Below, piece after piece: positions 26,755 to 40,689 of a stretch of DNA of 64,000 nt (within the stretch, counting starts at the first letter, position 1; each line of letters begins with the position of its first letter). A program made the position numbers and the translations under genes. The notes beneath the pieces are model-generated. The model worked only from the letters and a program-made list of their open reading frames with translations. It did not search any database and was not told the origin of the DNA. Source of the DNA: Nageia nagi (lineage: Eukaryota > Plantae > Pinophyta). Location of the stretch: positions 20,832,001-20,896,000 of the forward strand of contig JBITNC010000002.1 of NCBI GenBank assembly GCA_050084985.1. Reading direction: 5' to 3'.

Positions 26755-28735
26755 ATCCTACAAAGATACACTTGATGGATTCTTCATTTAGCTTCCTCCT
26801 ATTCGCGTTAGGGACATGCACATAGCATGTAGAACCATATATCATTAGACATATAATAATTAGTTTCTTTCCAAACCAAGATTCATAGGGGGTAGAATCC
26901 TATATTTATTTTTTGGGAATTGATTCAAAATATAAATATATGTATGAACAAATTTATCCCATAATTTGTTATCTATACCCATCTCCTTAAGCATGCAACA
27001 AGCCATCTCTATAATAGTTTTTTTTTTCTTTCTCTCAGCCACTCCATTTTGCTGGGGAGTGTATGATTTTGTATACTCCCTCTTGATTTTGTATTTTATA
27101 TTAAAATATTTAAGTTAATTTGAAATGAATTTACCAACATATTTTATCCATAATTTCATAATGCTATAACTAGATTGCTTCTCTACCATCACTTTCAATT
27201 TGATAAAATAATCAAAAGCAATAAATAAAACCAAATCATTCTAGAATAATCATTAGTAAAATAATAAAATACTTGCACTTGGTGATGTTTGGATTTTTCA
27301 TAGGTCTGCATATGTTTAAATGCACCATTTATAAATGATTTTAGGCTCTATGTTGGTGATGGGGAAACTTGTCTTTGTGTTCTTTTATAAATATACAACT
27401 TTCACACAAAATGTCTGATGGGTATGAAAATATTGACATACCTTATGCATTCAATGTAATGAGTTTAAATTGAGATGTCCAAATCTCTTATACCATAACC
27501 ATAATAAATCACTTATGATCTTGAGATAACTGATAGTTCTTCAAAAATAATTAACCAATTATTTATAAATTATTCTATTGCATTAGAATATAAAGAGTAT
27601 CATGCACATACAAGATCTTACTAGTCTTTTACTTAAAGGAAATAAATCCTTTTTAGTAATACTGACCTAATTGTTATTATCAAAATAGACTTGTCCATTG
27701 ATATTTTATTCAAGTTTTATAAATAGGTTCTTTTTCCCACTTATATGATTTGAATAATTACTATCAAGGTACAAAATATGATCATTAACATCTTCAAAGT
27801 TGTTGTGAGTAAGAAAAAATTAGTGTCATCTTGCTCTTCACTATAATTGGCCTTTTATTAGTTTTATTGCTTTATAACATTAATATTCATTTTGATTATA
27901 TTTTCAATTATATTCATAATATTTTTGGGATAATATCTAGGTTTTATTAGCTGATTTGCCTCTTCCTATACCATGGATACTTCTTCTATGACCTATACCA
28001 TGAATTTATCTACCACAACTCTTGAAGAAGATTTAGAACTAGAGGAACTAGATGGTGGTCATTAAATTTGAGTTACCTTGGAATTCTTGATCAAGATTTT
28101 CAGACCTATATTTCATTCTATGCTCACTATTCTACAAGCTTCCAAGTAACTCAACTAGATTTTATTGAGATAACTTTCTAGAATATTCAATTAAAATGTT
28201 AATAGATTAAACATTTTGGGAAGGTTTATCAATACTTTCTCCAAGATCTAGTATCATCTAGTGCCTTAGCATGTGCATGAATGGCATTAACCAAATCTTG
28301 AACTCTATTAATGAACACTCAATGGTATGATTATCATTCATCTTTATATATTCATAATCTCTATGTAATAGTTGGAGTTTAGCTACTCTTACCATAGAAT
28401 GTCCCTTGTAGGCATATTCAAGAGTCTCTTACACTTCCTTTGATTATTTTCATTATGCAATCTTAGGGAAGATAGACACACCTATCCTACTCTATATGAT
28501 GAATAGGGATTTGAAATCCTACTTCTTGGTATTTAAAAGCTACTTATTGTCACCATCTAAGAGTAGTACAAATGGTATTACATCTACTTCTATATAACCA
28601 TATGAGATAAGACTCCACATATCTTAAGAGATGAGAAATACTCTTATATTCCATCCACTGCACTATTTTTCCATTCACCACTAAACACAAGAATTTGCAA
28701 CTGCACTATTTTTCTATTATGATATTCCATTTTAA
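26755..28735 (-). pseudogene. Degenerate copia gag, protease, GAG-pre-integrase and integrase
   Basis: Minus-strand remnants SIFPKIA, RVAKLQLLHRDYE, LYLDSNYSNHISG, LWYKRFGHLN, YTPQQNGVAERK..TIIEMACCML. Confidence 0.88.
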
Positions 28736-28765
28736 CCTAATATAATGAATAAATTTGATATCAAA

Positions 28766-30201
28766 TAAATATTTTTGAAGGCCATGGATTTGGAGACTAC
28801 AAAATTTAATATATAACCTTCTATATATTAGGTTGATGAAATTACATAAATTATCAAACTTAAATTGATTAAAGTATCAAGTATTATATACGATAAGAAA
28901 GGTATTAAAGAGAACTTTATAATGAGTAATCAACCACCTTACTATAATGAGTATAATTCCAACTATTCTCTTTTGAAGTTTAGGTTTCCATACTACAATG
29001 AGGTCACTAAGATAGTCTTGTAACAAAATAGGCCGTCAAAGAGTGGAAACTTTGTCAATGATTATCTATGATAAAATATGTTATGTTATATATACCATTG
29101 GAAAGAGGTAAAAGTAAACTTTATAATGGTTTATGAATATTTTTTAATGGGTGAGTAAATATCTAGTGATTCTTAATGACACACAAGGTATATATTATGT
29201 CACTAGAATAAGACTATTTAGTTAGTACCAAAAAAATAGGTTGATTCTATAGCACTTTGTATACAAAGGATACTATGTTGTATATGGATATAAAGGTGGA
29301 AAAAATAATTTTCAAAATACTTAGGGTTCATAAATATTGTACTAATATAGAATATCAAGTGAAAGTGAAGGTATTCATAGATTGCTATTGAGAATGACTA
29401 GGTAAATGCATTACGAAAAATTATTGATTGTGATGGTCATTTTTATAAAAAATATTATATGATTATAAAGGCATATTAAATAAATATAAAAAATAAAAAT
29501 AACCATCTAAAATTGATATCTAGAACAAAAGTTATAGCCCTTGAAAGAAAACTAGTCCACAATTGGGTAGTTTGTTACAACAACAATTCTCTCTAAATTT
29601 AGTGCATGAAATAAAAAATAAATGAATACCCACTATGCTTAAATATCAAGAAATTTATTAATATCACCTTATTTTATATTTATATCTGATATATAATACT
29701 CTTTTATATGTAGAGCTGATATATAATACTCTAAGTATGATTTTAATCATAGTAACATATAGAATGGAAAACATAAACACACAATTGTAAGGAAAAGTAA
29801 TATATCTTTTTCTCTTTCTATTAATTATGCAAAATGATTCTAAATTTATTTAATTACCATGTAATTTGTACCTATACATGCCTTAAACAAATATTTTGAG
29901 TGTTTTATAGTTCAAAAATCTAGTCGAAGTACAAAATCCACCCAACAAAGTCAACAAAAACATAAATGGATGTCTAGTAAATTTGAAAAGAGATATGGAT
30001 GCCCATTAATTTGATTATAAAGTAATGTGGGAAATCTAAATCCTATCTACATGTATTCCAAATAAAATTAATAGTCTGATACTAGTGGGTATTGGAGGCA
30101 ATTGAAGAATAGTCATTATAGATGGAGAGGACTTGAATATTCACATGCTTGCTTATATCACATAATCAAAATTCAAAATGTTACAATATTAAATTATTTA
30201 T
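28766..30201 (-). repeat. 5' LTR of the old copia
   Basis: Homologous to 10753-12150; abuts the degenerate PBS. Confidence 0.8.
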
Positions 30202-30539
30202 TTAGAAATAATATGCATTATAAATACTTTTTGACTTGGTTAAAAGAGGAAAGGTGGGAGAAGAAGAGGTGAGAGTCACTATACATGATCTCTGTAAGGT
30301 AAAACTTTGAGTTCAACCTCATACCATCATGTATTGGGTCCCTCTTCCCCCCAAGAAGTATATCATTTCATGATACCTTACATTAAAGTCCATTTGGCCC
30401 TTCATAGAATCAAGCTTTCAAGAAATAATACTAAAAATTTCAATAGCCAAAATAGGATCCCTAGAAGACTAAGTCCAACTACCCAAAAGTAGCTTCTAAA
30501 ATTCCATAAATAACTTCACATAGAAAAAGTATCCACAAT

Positions 30540-31015
30540 GGAATAGAGATGATGGAATCCCAAGTAATGATTTCTAAATTTCTAAGCATCAAGTTATGTT
30601 TAAGATATATTTAATCCTAGACTACTCAAACATAGTAAACAAGAGGTGATGTCTCATTGAGTCACTATTTAAATGATTATTTTCTTATGTTATTTTTTAT
30701 AGAAATAGATAAGGAGCTATTCTTTAAGGGAGGATTTTTGTTTTATGGAAGATAAGAGATATTCATGAATCCTTGGCATATAAGTTTCAAACTTGTTGAA
30801 GAATCACCATCTTTTTATTTTATAACATAAGTTCATTTTCTAGATTTACCCTTCGAATTGTGGAATGAGGATATCTTTGAAGCCATTAGTCACTCCATAC
30901 AGGTGTATCTAGGAGTTATAGAGATAATCAAGGAGCTTAAATCAATTACATTTTCTCAAATTTACATCCACTTGGAGCTAGACTCTTCACTACCAACTGA
31001 AATAAAAATTAACCT
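30540..31015 (+). pseudogene. LINE (L1) ORF1 fragment, DUF4283-like
   Basis: Translates as DKELFFKGGFLFYGR*EIFMNPWH...VHFLDLPFELWNEDIFEAISHSIQVY...FSQIYIHLELDSSLPTEIKI, the plant L1 ORF1 pattern (WVxLxxLPxExW...ARIxVxxDxxxPLP). Confidence 0.7.
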
Positions 31016-31199
31016 TCTACTTTAATATCTTGTATATTGAGAATAGTACTAACCTGATTGGTATTTTGAAAAGACACTTTATTTGGGTAAAGAAGTATCA
31101 AGAATTTTATGAAGACAGAAGACTTTTAAATATTTGAAAAAATGCATTTCCTCATGATTATTTTTAGTGTTGTATTGATTGATAAAGAGAACTATCAAG

Positions 31200-31925
31200 A
31201 GAGTTCTAGAAAAATCAAACATACCCTCATTTTTAATGAATTTTTAGTTGACATTTATTATGGTTGCAATCCTCCTACCAAACCAAATTATTCCAAGGAT
31301 CTTGTAGTTTGAAACCATAAAAATATGAGGGTGTATGTTTTGATTTTTTCTACTTCAATGAATGAAGAGGTTAATTGCCACATTAACTCAATTGATGATA
31401 CATGGAATGCTTTGAAAAAATTATTTGATTCCCATTCTAAATTAGAACTAATCCATTTACAATTGAAACTTTTCAACCTTGACTTGAAGGATAATGACCC
31501 ATTGATGTTGATTTTAAAAATATAAACCATTATGCATGACAATGATTCTACAAGTGTGAAGATACATATTTCTCTCACAAATTTGATAAAGGCCCTATAC
31601 CAAATATGTTTCCATTACCTTAAGTCACTCCAAGGTAGTGGTAAATTTAAATATCTAACTTTTGATACATTTGTTAATAAAATTATAGAGCATAAGAAGG
31701 ATTTGAGCAAAAAAATTGTAGAACCTATTAGAGATACCTTATGTGTTGCCCAAAAATAAAAGAATCCATAATATGATTCTTCTAGAGAAGGTAGCATGCA
31801 TGGTCACAATAAGAATAATAAAGGTAGGGGGTAATTCTAATAAAGATGAAAAAGCATAGATATATAATATTCATTATAACCAATGTGATGTGAATGGTCA
31901 TGATGCAAAAACCTATCAAATATTA
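31200..31925 (+). pseudogene. Copia gag fragment (UBN2/Retrotran_gag_2-like plus degenerate zinc knuckle)
   Basis: ORFs 31325-31525 and 31532-31759 (DTWNALKKLFDSHSKLELIHLQLKLFNL...IKALY...HYLKSLQ...LTFDTFV), followed by a YNQCDVNGH knuckle remnant. Confidence 0.75.
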
Positions 31926-31953
31926 TGCTTACTTTATTTGTATGCAACCATTG

Positions 31954-34900
31954 TGTTAAAGAAATTACAACTTGCATTAAGCACAAAATTTATTTTTGAA
32001 ATGCCTAAGGTCTTGATAAGTTTGAAACATTTCAGAGGTACTCAAAATGGTAGCAAAGTTGGTGAAGGTAAATCTTCCTATATTATAAGAGCTTTCATTT
32101 GCTAAACCATTTTCTCAAAAGCCCAATGATATCCTTCATTGGTACATTTTCCCAAAGTGCAAAAAAAATTCAACTTAGAAGAACTTTCCTAAAACCTAGA
32201 AAATTTATGACTTTATAATATTTCTAGTTTTTGATGGAATTCATCCTTCATGTAACTTCCCTAAATGTATCCAAATTGCTATCAAGGCATCCTTTGAAGA
32301 GGATTGCAACTTGATGATCAATCAAGACACCTTTTACTTTCTCAAAATTTGACAATCTCATATAATGATTAATTTTTTCAGATTCAAATGATCTTCATCT
32401 AGATCCACTAAATTTAGCAACAACTCTTCCTATTGGTCAGAATAATTATAGTCTTAGTTTAATTGTGTAAAGTTTGATAAGATTGTATGATTAGTAAAAA
32501 TTTAAAATAAACTCCCAACACTTTTATGCTTTTGTGCAAACAAAATTTTCCAACTACGTTTGGGTGCTAAGGATAAAATACAATTGTCATTATCATAAAT
32601 TTAGAAAGTTACAACTATATATACAAGCTGTAGCTTAGATATTTTCATAGATTTCATAATTTTATTATTTCACTTAGTTGCATATAGGATGTAACATTAA
32701 ATTCTATTTTAGATTTTCATATTGTAGTTGGTAGATATTTTTAGATTTTGAAGTTATATATACAACTCAGATTGATGTAATAGAGGAGGTTGGATTTCTT
32801 AGCATTTTCCCTTTAGTAATATATAATATATGATTTTCCAAATTAAACCCAGTATGGTGATCTTTTTACTTTTATTTTATCTTATAATATTTGGATGGCT
32901 TAAATGGTTGCATCATTTGTATGTTTTCTAATTTTTAGAGTTTGATGAATGAAATATCTATGATTGAAGCCTCTACTCTCTTGCCACTAAATGATTGATA
33001 GTAACATGAATGGGTGGTTGTGAGCTAGGGATCCTTCCTCCAAGTTATGATAGAATAATTGAAAGCTTAGGTTGGTCATGATAAATACCATCTCTCATTA
33101 TTTCTTACACTCTTGACCTTGTATTCCTTCCAATTACTCTATTATTTTATTTTTTTCCCATTTTGTAATGGATAAGACCCATCCTGATAAAATTAAATAT
33201 TAAAATTTAGAGTTAGCTTGTCTCCCTTGTCTGTGAGAAGCCTCTTAATGATTGTACATCTTTGTTTATGGGAAGTAAACCTCATGATTCTTAGTTTCAA
33301 GAGCTTCAATGAATGGGTAACATTTTCTTATCCATGAGAGACAAATACCATTTAGATTGGACATTTTATAAGAATGTTGCACAATCTTGTTGGTTCTAGA
33401 CCCAAGCAAGACCCTCTTGGATAAAACTAGATCACCAAAGGCTTAAGATTCTATTCATTTATCTATTCATGGGAAATATATCAAGAAGGCTATGTCTCTA
33501 TTCAAGAGATACTAGTATTTGGGATCTTGGCTTTCCAAATTAAGAGCCCCTTGTGAATGACAAAATTATTTAAAGGAAATTTTGCTTTGATGTTCCTAAA
33601 ATCTTTATTGTTCAATGGATCATAATTTTATTTATGAATTGTGATCACTTAAATGTTTAAAGGCTTGAAAGGCACCATGTTAAATATAAAATATCATAGG
33701 TTGAATTGTCTAAAAATCAATTCATCCAAGAAGAGTTGGTTCATGATCATGAACTAATCTAGTAAAACCTCTCACAAACATGCCACATTACATTATTCAG
33801 ATCAATAGTCCATTTATAGCATGCCTAATGGGACTATTTCACATAGTCATCATATTAGATTGGCTTTCAGTGTGAGTAGTGAGATGTTTTCTATATTCAT
33901 CAAAGCTAAATATGATGACATCAGTACACATACTAACTTAATTTATTTTTTATATTTCAAAGAAATAGAAGGATGAATTAATTGGTTTAAGATTCAAGAT
34001 ATGAACAAAGAAGGATTATATTGAAATATTTAAGTTGATAAAAATGCTCAAAAAAGGTGATTTAGAGTCATGAATATAAGTAATATTTTATAAAGAAAGA
34101 AATTATAGACATGTACTATTTGAGGGTTAGTTAGAATCAGGAGGTATCTTGATGAAGATTTTGGACCTGAGCAATATTGGGGGATGGTTGAATCTTCTCT
34201 TTTGTAGATTCAATACTATATTTCTTGAACAAACTATAATAATGATGGATCAAGGAAGATAGCATTATAATATTCTTGTGTTTACAATAACCTCTTGAGG
34301 TTTTGCTAGTTGTGGAATGTGTACTTGGTTTTAGATCAACAATATATCCAATATAGTTTTGAGCATATCTTATTTTGGATTGACATATTTGAATATGAAT
34401 GATAGAGTCACATGAAATGGATGTTATTGGAAAGGTACACCCACCCAACCCTTGCTTGATTCCAAGAGGTTGGATATTCTATTTTCTAAGGTAATATTCT
34501 ATTTCTTTGCTCCATTGCAGAAAATGACCTTATGAGAATTACCATGAATATGAATGGTCATTTAAAGTTAAGAAGACTTGATATGGGTAATTGGTTATAA
34601 TTTTAAAAATATTAGGTATATTCTATTTTGGTAATACTAAGGGGCCATACTTCAAGTATTCATGTAGAATAGTGTTCACCCTCATACATGATTTGATAAG
34701 AGTTTCTGATTGATTGATATTTGAGAACTATTATGCATGGTTATTGAATATCTTATAAGTTTTTTTACCATCCTATCCCACCCATGCTAAATGCATGTTG
34801 TCTAGTTAATTTCTATTCTCTAGTTCATTGACTACTTTGATTCTTCAAAATAACTAGTGAAGGGGGTAAAATGTTATAAAAATTACAACTTGCATTAATA

Positions 34901-37900
34901 AAGGAAGTCATTTTTGAAATGCTTAAGGTCTTGACAAGTTTGAAACATTTCATAGGTACTCATAATGGTAGCAAAGTTGGTGAAGGTAAATCTTCCAAGA
35001 GTTTGGTAATTTTCATTTGCTAAACCATTTTCCTAGAAGCCCCATGGTATCCTTCACTAGTGCATTTTCCTAGAGTGTAGCAAACTTTAAATCCAAAAAA
35101 CTCTCTTGGAACCCAATAAAATTGTAACTTTACAATATTTCTAGAACTTGATGGAATTCTTCATTCATGCAACTTCTTGAAATGCAACCAAATTGCTACC
35201 ATGACATCTTTTGAAGAGGATTGCAACTTGATGATCAATCAAGATACCTTATACTTTCCCAAAATCTGATAGTTTCGTATCACCATTAATTTTTCCAAGC
35301 TTGATGACATTCATCTATATATATTGGATTCAACATCATGCATCTTATAAAATAAATCTTAGGTCTTATTTTATTTGTCCACATATTTCATGTGTATATG
35401 GGCCTTTTTTAGAAAACCCTTTTTATGTATTGTGCAATCATTGTAAACTATGAAACATTATTTGCATGATGTATCTTGTCAAACAAATTCATAACATTCA
35501 ATTTACAAGTACCAAGTAGACACATATATGAATCAAATTCAAGGTTTATAGATATTTTTGTAGTGAAAGTTCAAAGCTCTTATAGCCTGCACAAACCATA
35601 ATATTCAATTTACAAGAATCAAGTAGACACATCTACATACCCAATTTAGGATTTATGGGTATTTTAGTAATGAAGTTCAAAGCTTCCTCAAGATAGTTTT
35701 CTTGAACCATAAGGTTAAATTTATAGGAACCAAGTATACACATTCACACACTTAATTCAAGGTTTATGATATTTTGGTAGTGAAGTTCAAATCTCCCTAA
35801 AAATAGCCTGCACAAACCACAACACTTGATTTACAAGCACCAAGTAGACACATGCACACACCCAATTCAAATATTTATGAGTATTGTAGAAATGAAGTTC
35901 AAATATCCCTTAAGATAGCCTACATAAACAAGAGTAAACAATGCATGTATAATGATTATTCTTAATATTGCAATATATGCACAAAACAAAATACTTGTTG
36001 AGACTTTTAAGTAGATACAATTATCATGTGTAAAACTAGATACATGATAAAATACTATACTTTAAGAAAGTGCCAAAAACTAGTCCACAAGTGGTAAGTA
36101 AGTAAAAAAAAGCTTTTAATACTTAAAAACTATTCAAATTATACATTTAAATGTTATATTATCTTACCTCCACAATAAGCATAATAAGATATAAAGGTTG
36201 GATATCTTTCCCCTAGGATAACCTGTTCAAAGTATCATGAATTAGATAACTTAAGGCTAGCTACATTTATAAGATCTTAGTAGATATATCACCATTATGC
36301 TTCAACATTATTCATAATATTACCATTCAACCAACCTAGATGCTTCAAAAGGTCAAAGAGCTTAAGGGCATCCTTTTTGTAGCCATGAATTGCATATCTT
36401 TTGATACTTGCATTCTGGCAAACTATATTTACATCATGCATCTTATAAATCAATTTCCAAGCCTTGTGTATTCTTCAATATTTTGCATTTATGTATATAG
36501 GACTTTTTTATAAAATCCATTTTATGTGTGTCCATTGTCAAACAACTCTTGGGCCTTGTATATTCTTCCACATTTTGCATACATATCTATGGGCCTTTTA
36601 CAAAAAATCCATTTTGTTTGTATCTAGTAATCATTGCAGACCATGAAAATATTTACATTGTGTATCTTATCAAAAAATTCCTAGGCCTTATGTATTATTC
36701 CACATTTTACATACATGTCTACAATCCTTTTTTAGAAAACCCATTTTGTGTGAATACTGCAATCATTGCAGACCATGAAATTGTTATGAAGCAAAATACT
36801 TTATACCATGTATGGTAGGTAATTCTCAATATAGCTTGTACAAGCCATAATATTTAATTTAAAAGCACTAAATACATGCATGCACACACCCAATTCAAGG
36901 TTTATGGGTATTTTGGTAGTGAAGTTCAAAGCTCCCTCAAGATAGAATACATGAACAAGTATGTCAACAATTCATGTATAATGATTAATCTTATGATTTT
37001 AGGATATGCACAAAATAAAAGAATCTAGAGAATTTCAAGCAGATGCAATGGTCATGTGTAAATCTAGGTACATGATGAAACACTATACTTTAAAAAAATC
37101 TCAAAAACCAATCCAACAGTGGTAAGTTGAAAAAAAATGCTTGTAATACTTAGTAATTGTCCAAACTAAAAATTTAAATGCTATATTGTATTACCTCCAT
37201 AATAAGCATAATAAGATAGAAAGATTGGATGTATTTCCCCTAAAATAACCTATTCAAAACATCATGAATTAGATAAGTCAGAGCTATATTAAGAAACTCT
37301 CAATAAATGTATCATAGTTATGCTTTAGGATTGTTCATAATGTTACCACACAACTAACTTAGATGCTTCAAACATATGATATGAAATGATCCAAATTCAT
37401 GATATGATAAGAAATTGTATACTTTTAAGCAAATGCATAATCCAAGGCCTTCAAACATAGTTTATATAGTATTTCATTTTGTGCATATCATAGATCATTA
37501 TAGTCTAAGAGAATGCATCTTGATAAGGTATTTTATAAATTAAATCATGGGTCCTTTCAATGTATCTATTTTTTACATACCCTACAATGATTATAGTACA
37601 TGAAAGTGTGTTTACAATCATATTTGCTAAACCATTTTCTTGGAAGCCCTACGATATCCTTCACTGGTGCATTTTCTCAGAGTGTAGGAAACTTCAAGTT
37701 AGTAAAAATTTCTTGGAACCTAACAAAATTGTAACTTTACAATATTTCTACAACTTGATGGACTTCATACTTCATGCAACTTCCCAAAATGTAGCCAAAT
37801 TGCTACCAAGATATCTTTTGAAGAGGATTGCAACCTGATGATCAATCAAGATACTTTATACTTTCCCATAATATGATAGTCTCATATCACCACTAATTTT

Positions 37901-39329
37901 TTCGAGCTTGATGACATTCATCCAAATCCACTAGAGTTAGCAACAAATCTTCCTATTGGTTAAAATAATCAACTATCTTAATTTTACTACCTAAATTCTA
38001 GCAAGATTGTATTGATATTATAAATTTAAAACAAACTCCTGATAGTTTTTGGTTGTGTAAATAAGATTTCCTAGCTACATTTGGGTACTAAGGATAAAAT
38101 ATAGTTATCATTAGTATAAATTTAGGAAGTTACAACTATGTATACAAGCTGTAGCTTAGATATTTTCATAGATTTCATAATTATACTATTTCAGTTAGTC
38201 ACATATAGGCTATAACATTAAATTCTCTTTTATATTTTCATAGTATAATTAGTAGATATTTTATGAGTCTAAAGGTATATATACAACTGAGATAAATGTT
38301 ATAGAGGGGGTTAGATTTCTCAAAATTTTCCCTTTAGCAATGGAATATCTATTTTTCTAGATCAAACTAAGTATGGTGGCCTTTGTCCTTTTATTTCATC
38401 ATGTAGTATTTGGATGGTTTAAATGGTTGCACCACTTATATGTTTTCTATTTTTTAGAGTATATCAAATGAAATATATATGGTTATATCCTTTTCTCTCT
38501 TGCCACCGAATGATGGATAGTAACATGAAGGGGTGGATGTGAGCTAGGTATTCTTCCTCTAGGTCCTAACAAAATTGTTGATAGACTAGGTTGGTCATGA
38601 GCAACACCATTGTCCTTTATTTACTACATTCTTAACCTTGTATTTCTTTCATTTAGTCTCCTCCTTCCTTTTTTTCCATTTTGTAATGGATAATTCCTTA
38701 GCTTGATAAACTTGAATATTGAAATCGAGAGTCAGATTATCATATGTATTTGTGAGAAGCCTCTTAATGGGTGTAAATAGATCTATTTGCAAGAAGTAAA
38801 TATCATGATTCTTGGTTTCAAGAGCTTCAATGAATAGGTAATGTAATATTATCTATGAGAGAAAAATCCCATTTAGATTGGATATTTTACAAGAATGATG
38901 GGTAATCTTGTTGGTTCTAGACCTAAGCAAGACCGTCCTTAATAAAATTGGATCATCATAGGCTCAAGATTATATTCATCTCTCTATCTATGGGAATTGT
39001 CTCAATAATGTTATGTATCTATTCAAGAGATATTGATCTTTGGGATATTGGATTTCCAAACTAAGAGCCCTTTATGAATGGCAAAATTCTTTACAGAACA
39101 TTTATCTCTAATGTTCCCAAAATATCTATTATTTAATGGATCATAGTTTTGTGTATGAATTGTGATCACTTAAATGTTTAAAGGCTCACTAGAAACCACC
39201 TATACATAAAATATTGAAGGTTGAATTGGTTATAAAACCAATTCATCCAAGGATAATTGGTTTATGATCATGAAATAATGCCATAAAACCCCTCACAAAC
39301 ATGTTGGATTGCATATTTTTAGATCAACA
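31954..39329 (+). mobile_element. Non-autonomous LTR retrotransposon (1.85-kb LTRs, ~1.06-kb internal region), 3' LTR rearranged
   Basis: 5' LTR 31954-33807; PBS-like TAGCATGCCTAATGGGACT at 33817-33835; PPT GAAGGGGGTAAAA at 34859-34871; 3' LTR in two parts, 34872-~35333 and 37622-39329 (ends AGATCAACA); near-TSD CATTG (31949-31953) / CATTA (39330-39334). Confidence 0.85.
35334..37621 (+). repeat. 2.3-kb copy of CACTA leader/tandem-repeat region inserted in the 3' LTR
   Basis: Colinear with ~40701-42527 joined to 53148-~53668. Contains ~110-bp (CAAGTAGACAC unit, 4x at ~35500-35930) and ~120-bp repeats. Confidence 0.9.
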
Positions 39330-40689
39330 CATTAGTTTTGCATTTGATGCATTTTTAGATTACAACCATCACTAGAAATCATAGTATTTGGTGATATATA
39401 TTTGTTTATACCCTGAACTTGACCCACTCTTATTGGTCTTAAAAACCTAAAAAGGGCATCTTTTGTATCTTGATTTATAAAGCTCCTAAATGTAGATGAT
39501 ATTGCTTCATTATGGGAATATCACATGCATAGTTAATTGGGAACATGTTAAAAAACATTAAATTTAAAAATGGTTTGAAGTTACTATTTATAAGGGAATG
39601 TCATTTATGATTTTTTTCATAATTATTGACACAAAAGACCCATCCTTATTTTTATGAGCTTGCATCCATACATGTGTCTTTGGTATTGTACCATCTACAT
39701 TTGGTTGGATCTTCCAATGAAAAATATATAGTTAAAGAGAAATGAGGATAACTCATAAAATAAAATAATATAGCTATGTTTTTCACATATAATGGATGAG
39801 TATGATAGAATATCATTTCATGCTCCAATTAAGCATACATTTTTCGATCGATAGTGTGCATGATAGATTAAGAAGATCTATTTTGTTTGTTCTTTTTCCT
39901 TAAAACCTTCAATGTAATGAAGAAAAATATATATAAATTCATTAAGGAGAGAAAGGTGATGTATAAAATTCATATGAATATAACAATGGCATAAACTACC
40001 ATAACAAAATGGGGTATTATCAATTCTCTATGTATCATTATCATACATGTTATAATACCTTTTCAAAGTCAATGCTTATTATCTTTTCATAGTTTGCACA
40101 TGGTCACCATTACCCATTTCTTTGTTATATATAAAATGATTTTTTTTTCTATATCAAACCAATATCTTATTAGATGCAACATTTACATAAGTAATCAAAA
40201 CACTAGCCCAAAAAGAGATTTTGGGGCAACTATTTTAATGCAATTTTTAAAATTATACCTTGTTTAAGTTTTAGTAGCAATTTTGGTGGGACCTTTTCTA
40301 GCTGTTCCAAAAATATTTCTAGGGCCATAAAAAATTGCCCCTTAGTGAAAACGAGAAAAAATAAAAAAAAGGCATAGGTAGGTTACCAAGAATGTTTTTC
40401 ATCATTTAAAATTTTTTGAGCTTAGGGTTTGGAGGAGAGAGGGGCATTTGGTTTATTAGTGAGACGAGTGAGGAGAGGGGAGATTAGATGAGAGGATACG
40501 TAGTGAGACTAGAGGATATGAGGTGAGACCAAAGGATACTAGGGGAGATGTATTATTTATAATATGTAAGAAGGTATTTCAATTTGTGACATTATACATT
40601 ATTCTACATTTTTCATATATATATATATATTTGTATATTTTGCATTATTTTAGAAAACCCATGAATCTTGTAATTATTGTAGATCATGA

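Larger units (their letters stand above)
10753..30201 (-). mobile_element. Old Ty1/copia LTR retrotransposon (~6.7 kb net), interrupted by a nested gypsy
   Basis: Diverged LTR pair at ~10753-12150 and ~28766-30201. PPT (minus GGGGAGAA) at 12151-12158; degenerate tRNA-iMet PBS (plus TTTGATATCA) at ~28754-28763. Gag, INT, RT and RH remnants lie between. TSD not recognisable; the outer ends are approximate. Confidence 0.85.

Noticed and set aside
35490-35930. Regular repeats resembling a CRISPR array
   Set aside because: Whole ~110-bp units repeat with no unique spacers; eukaryotic TE context and no cas genes.
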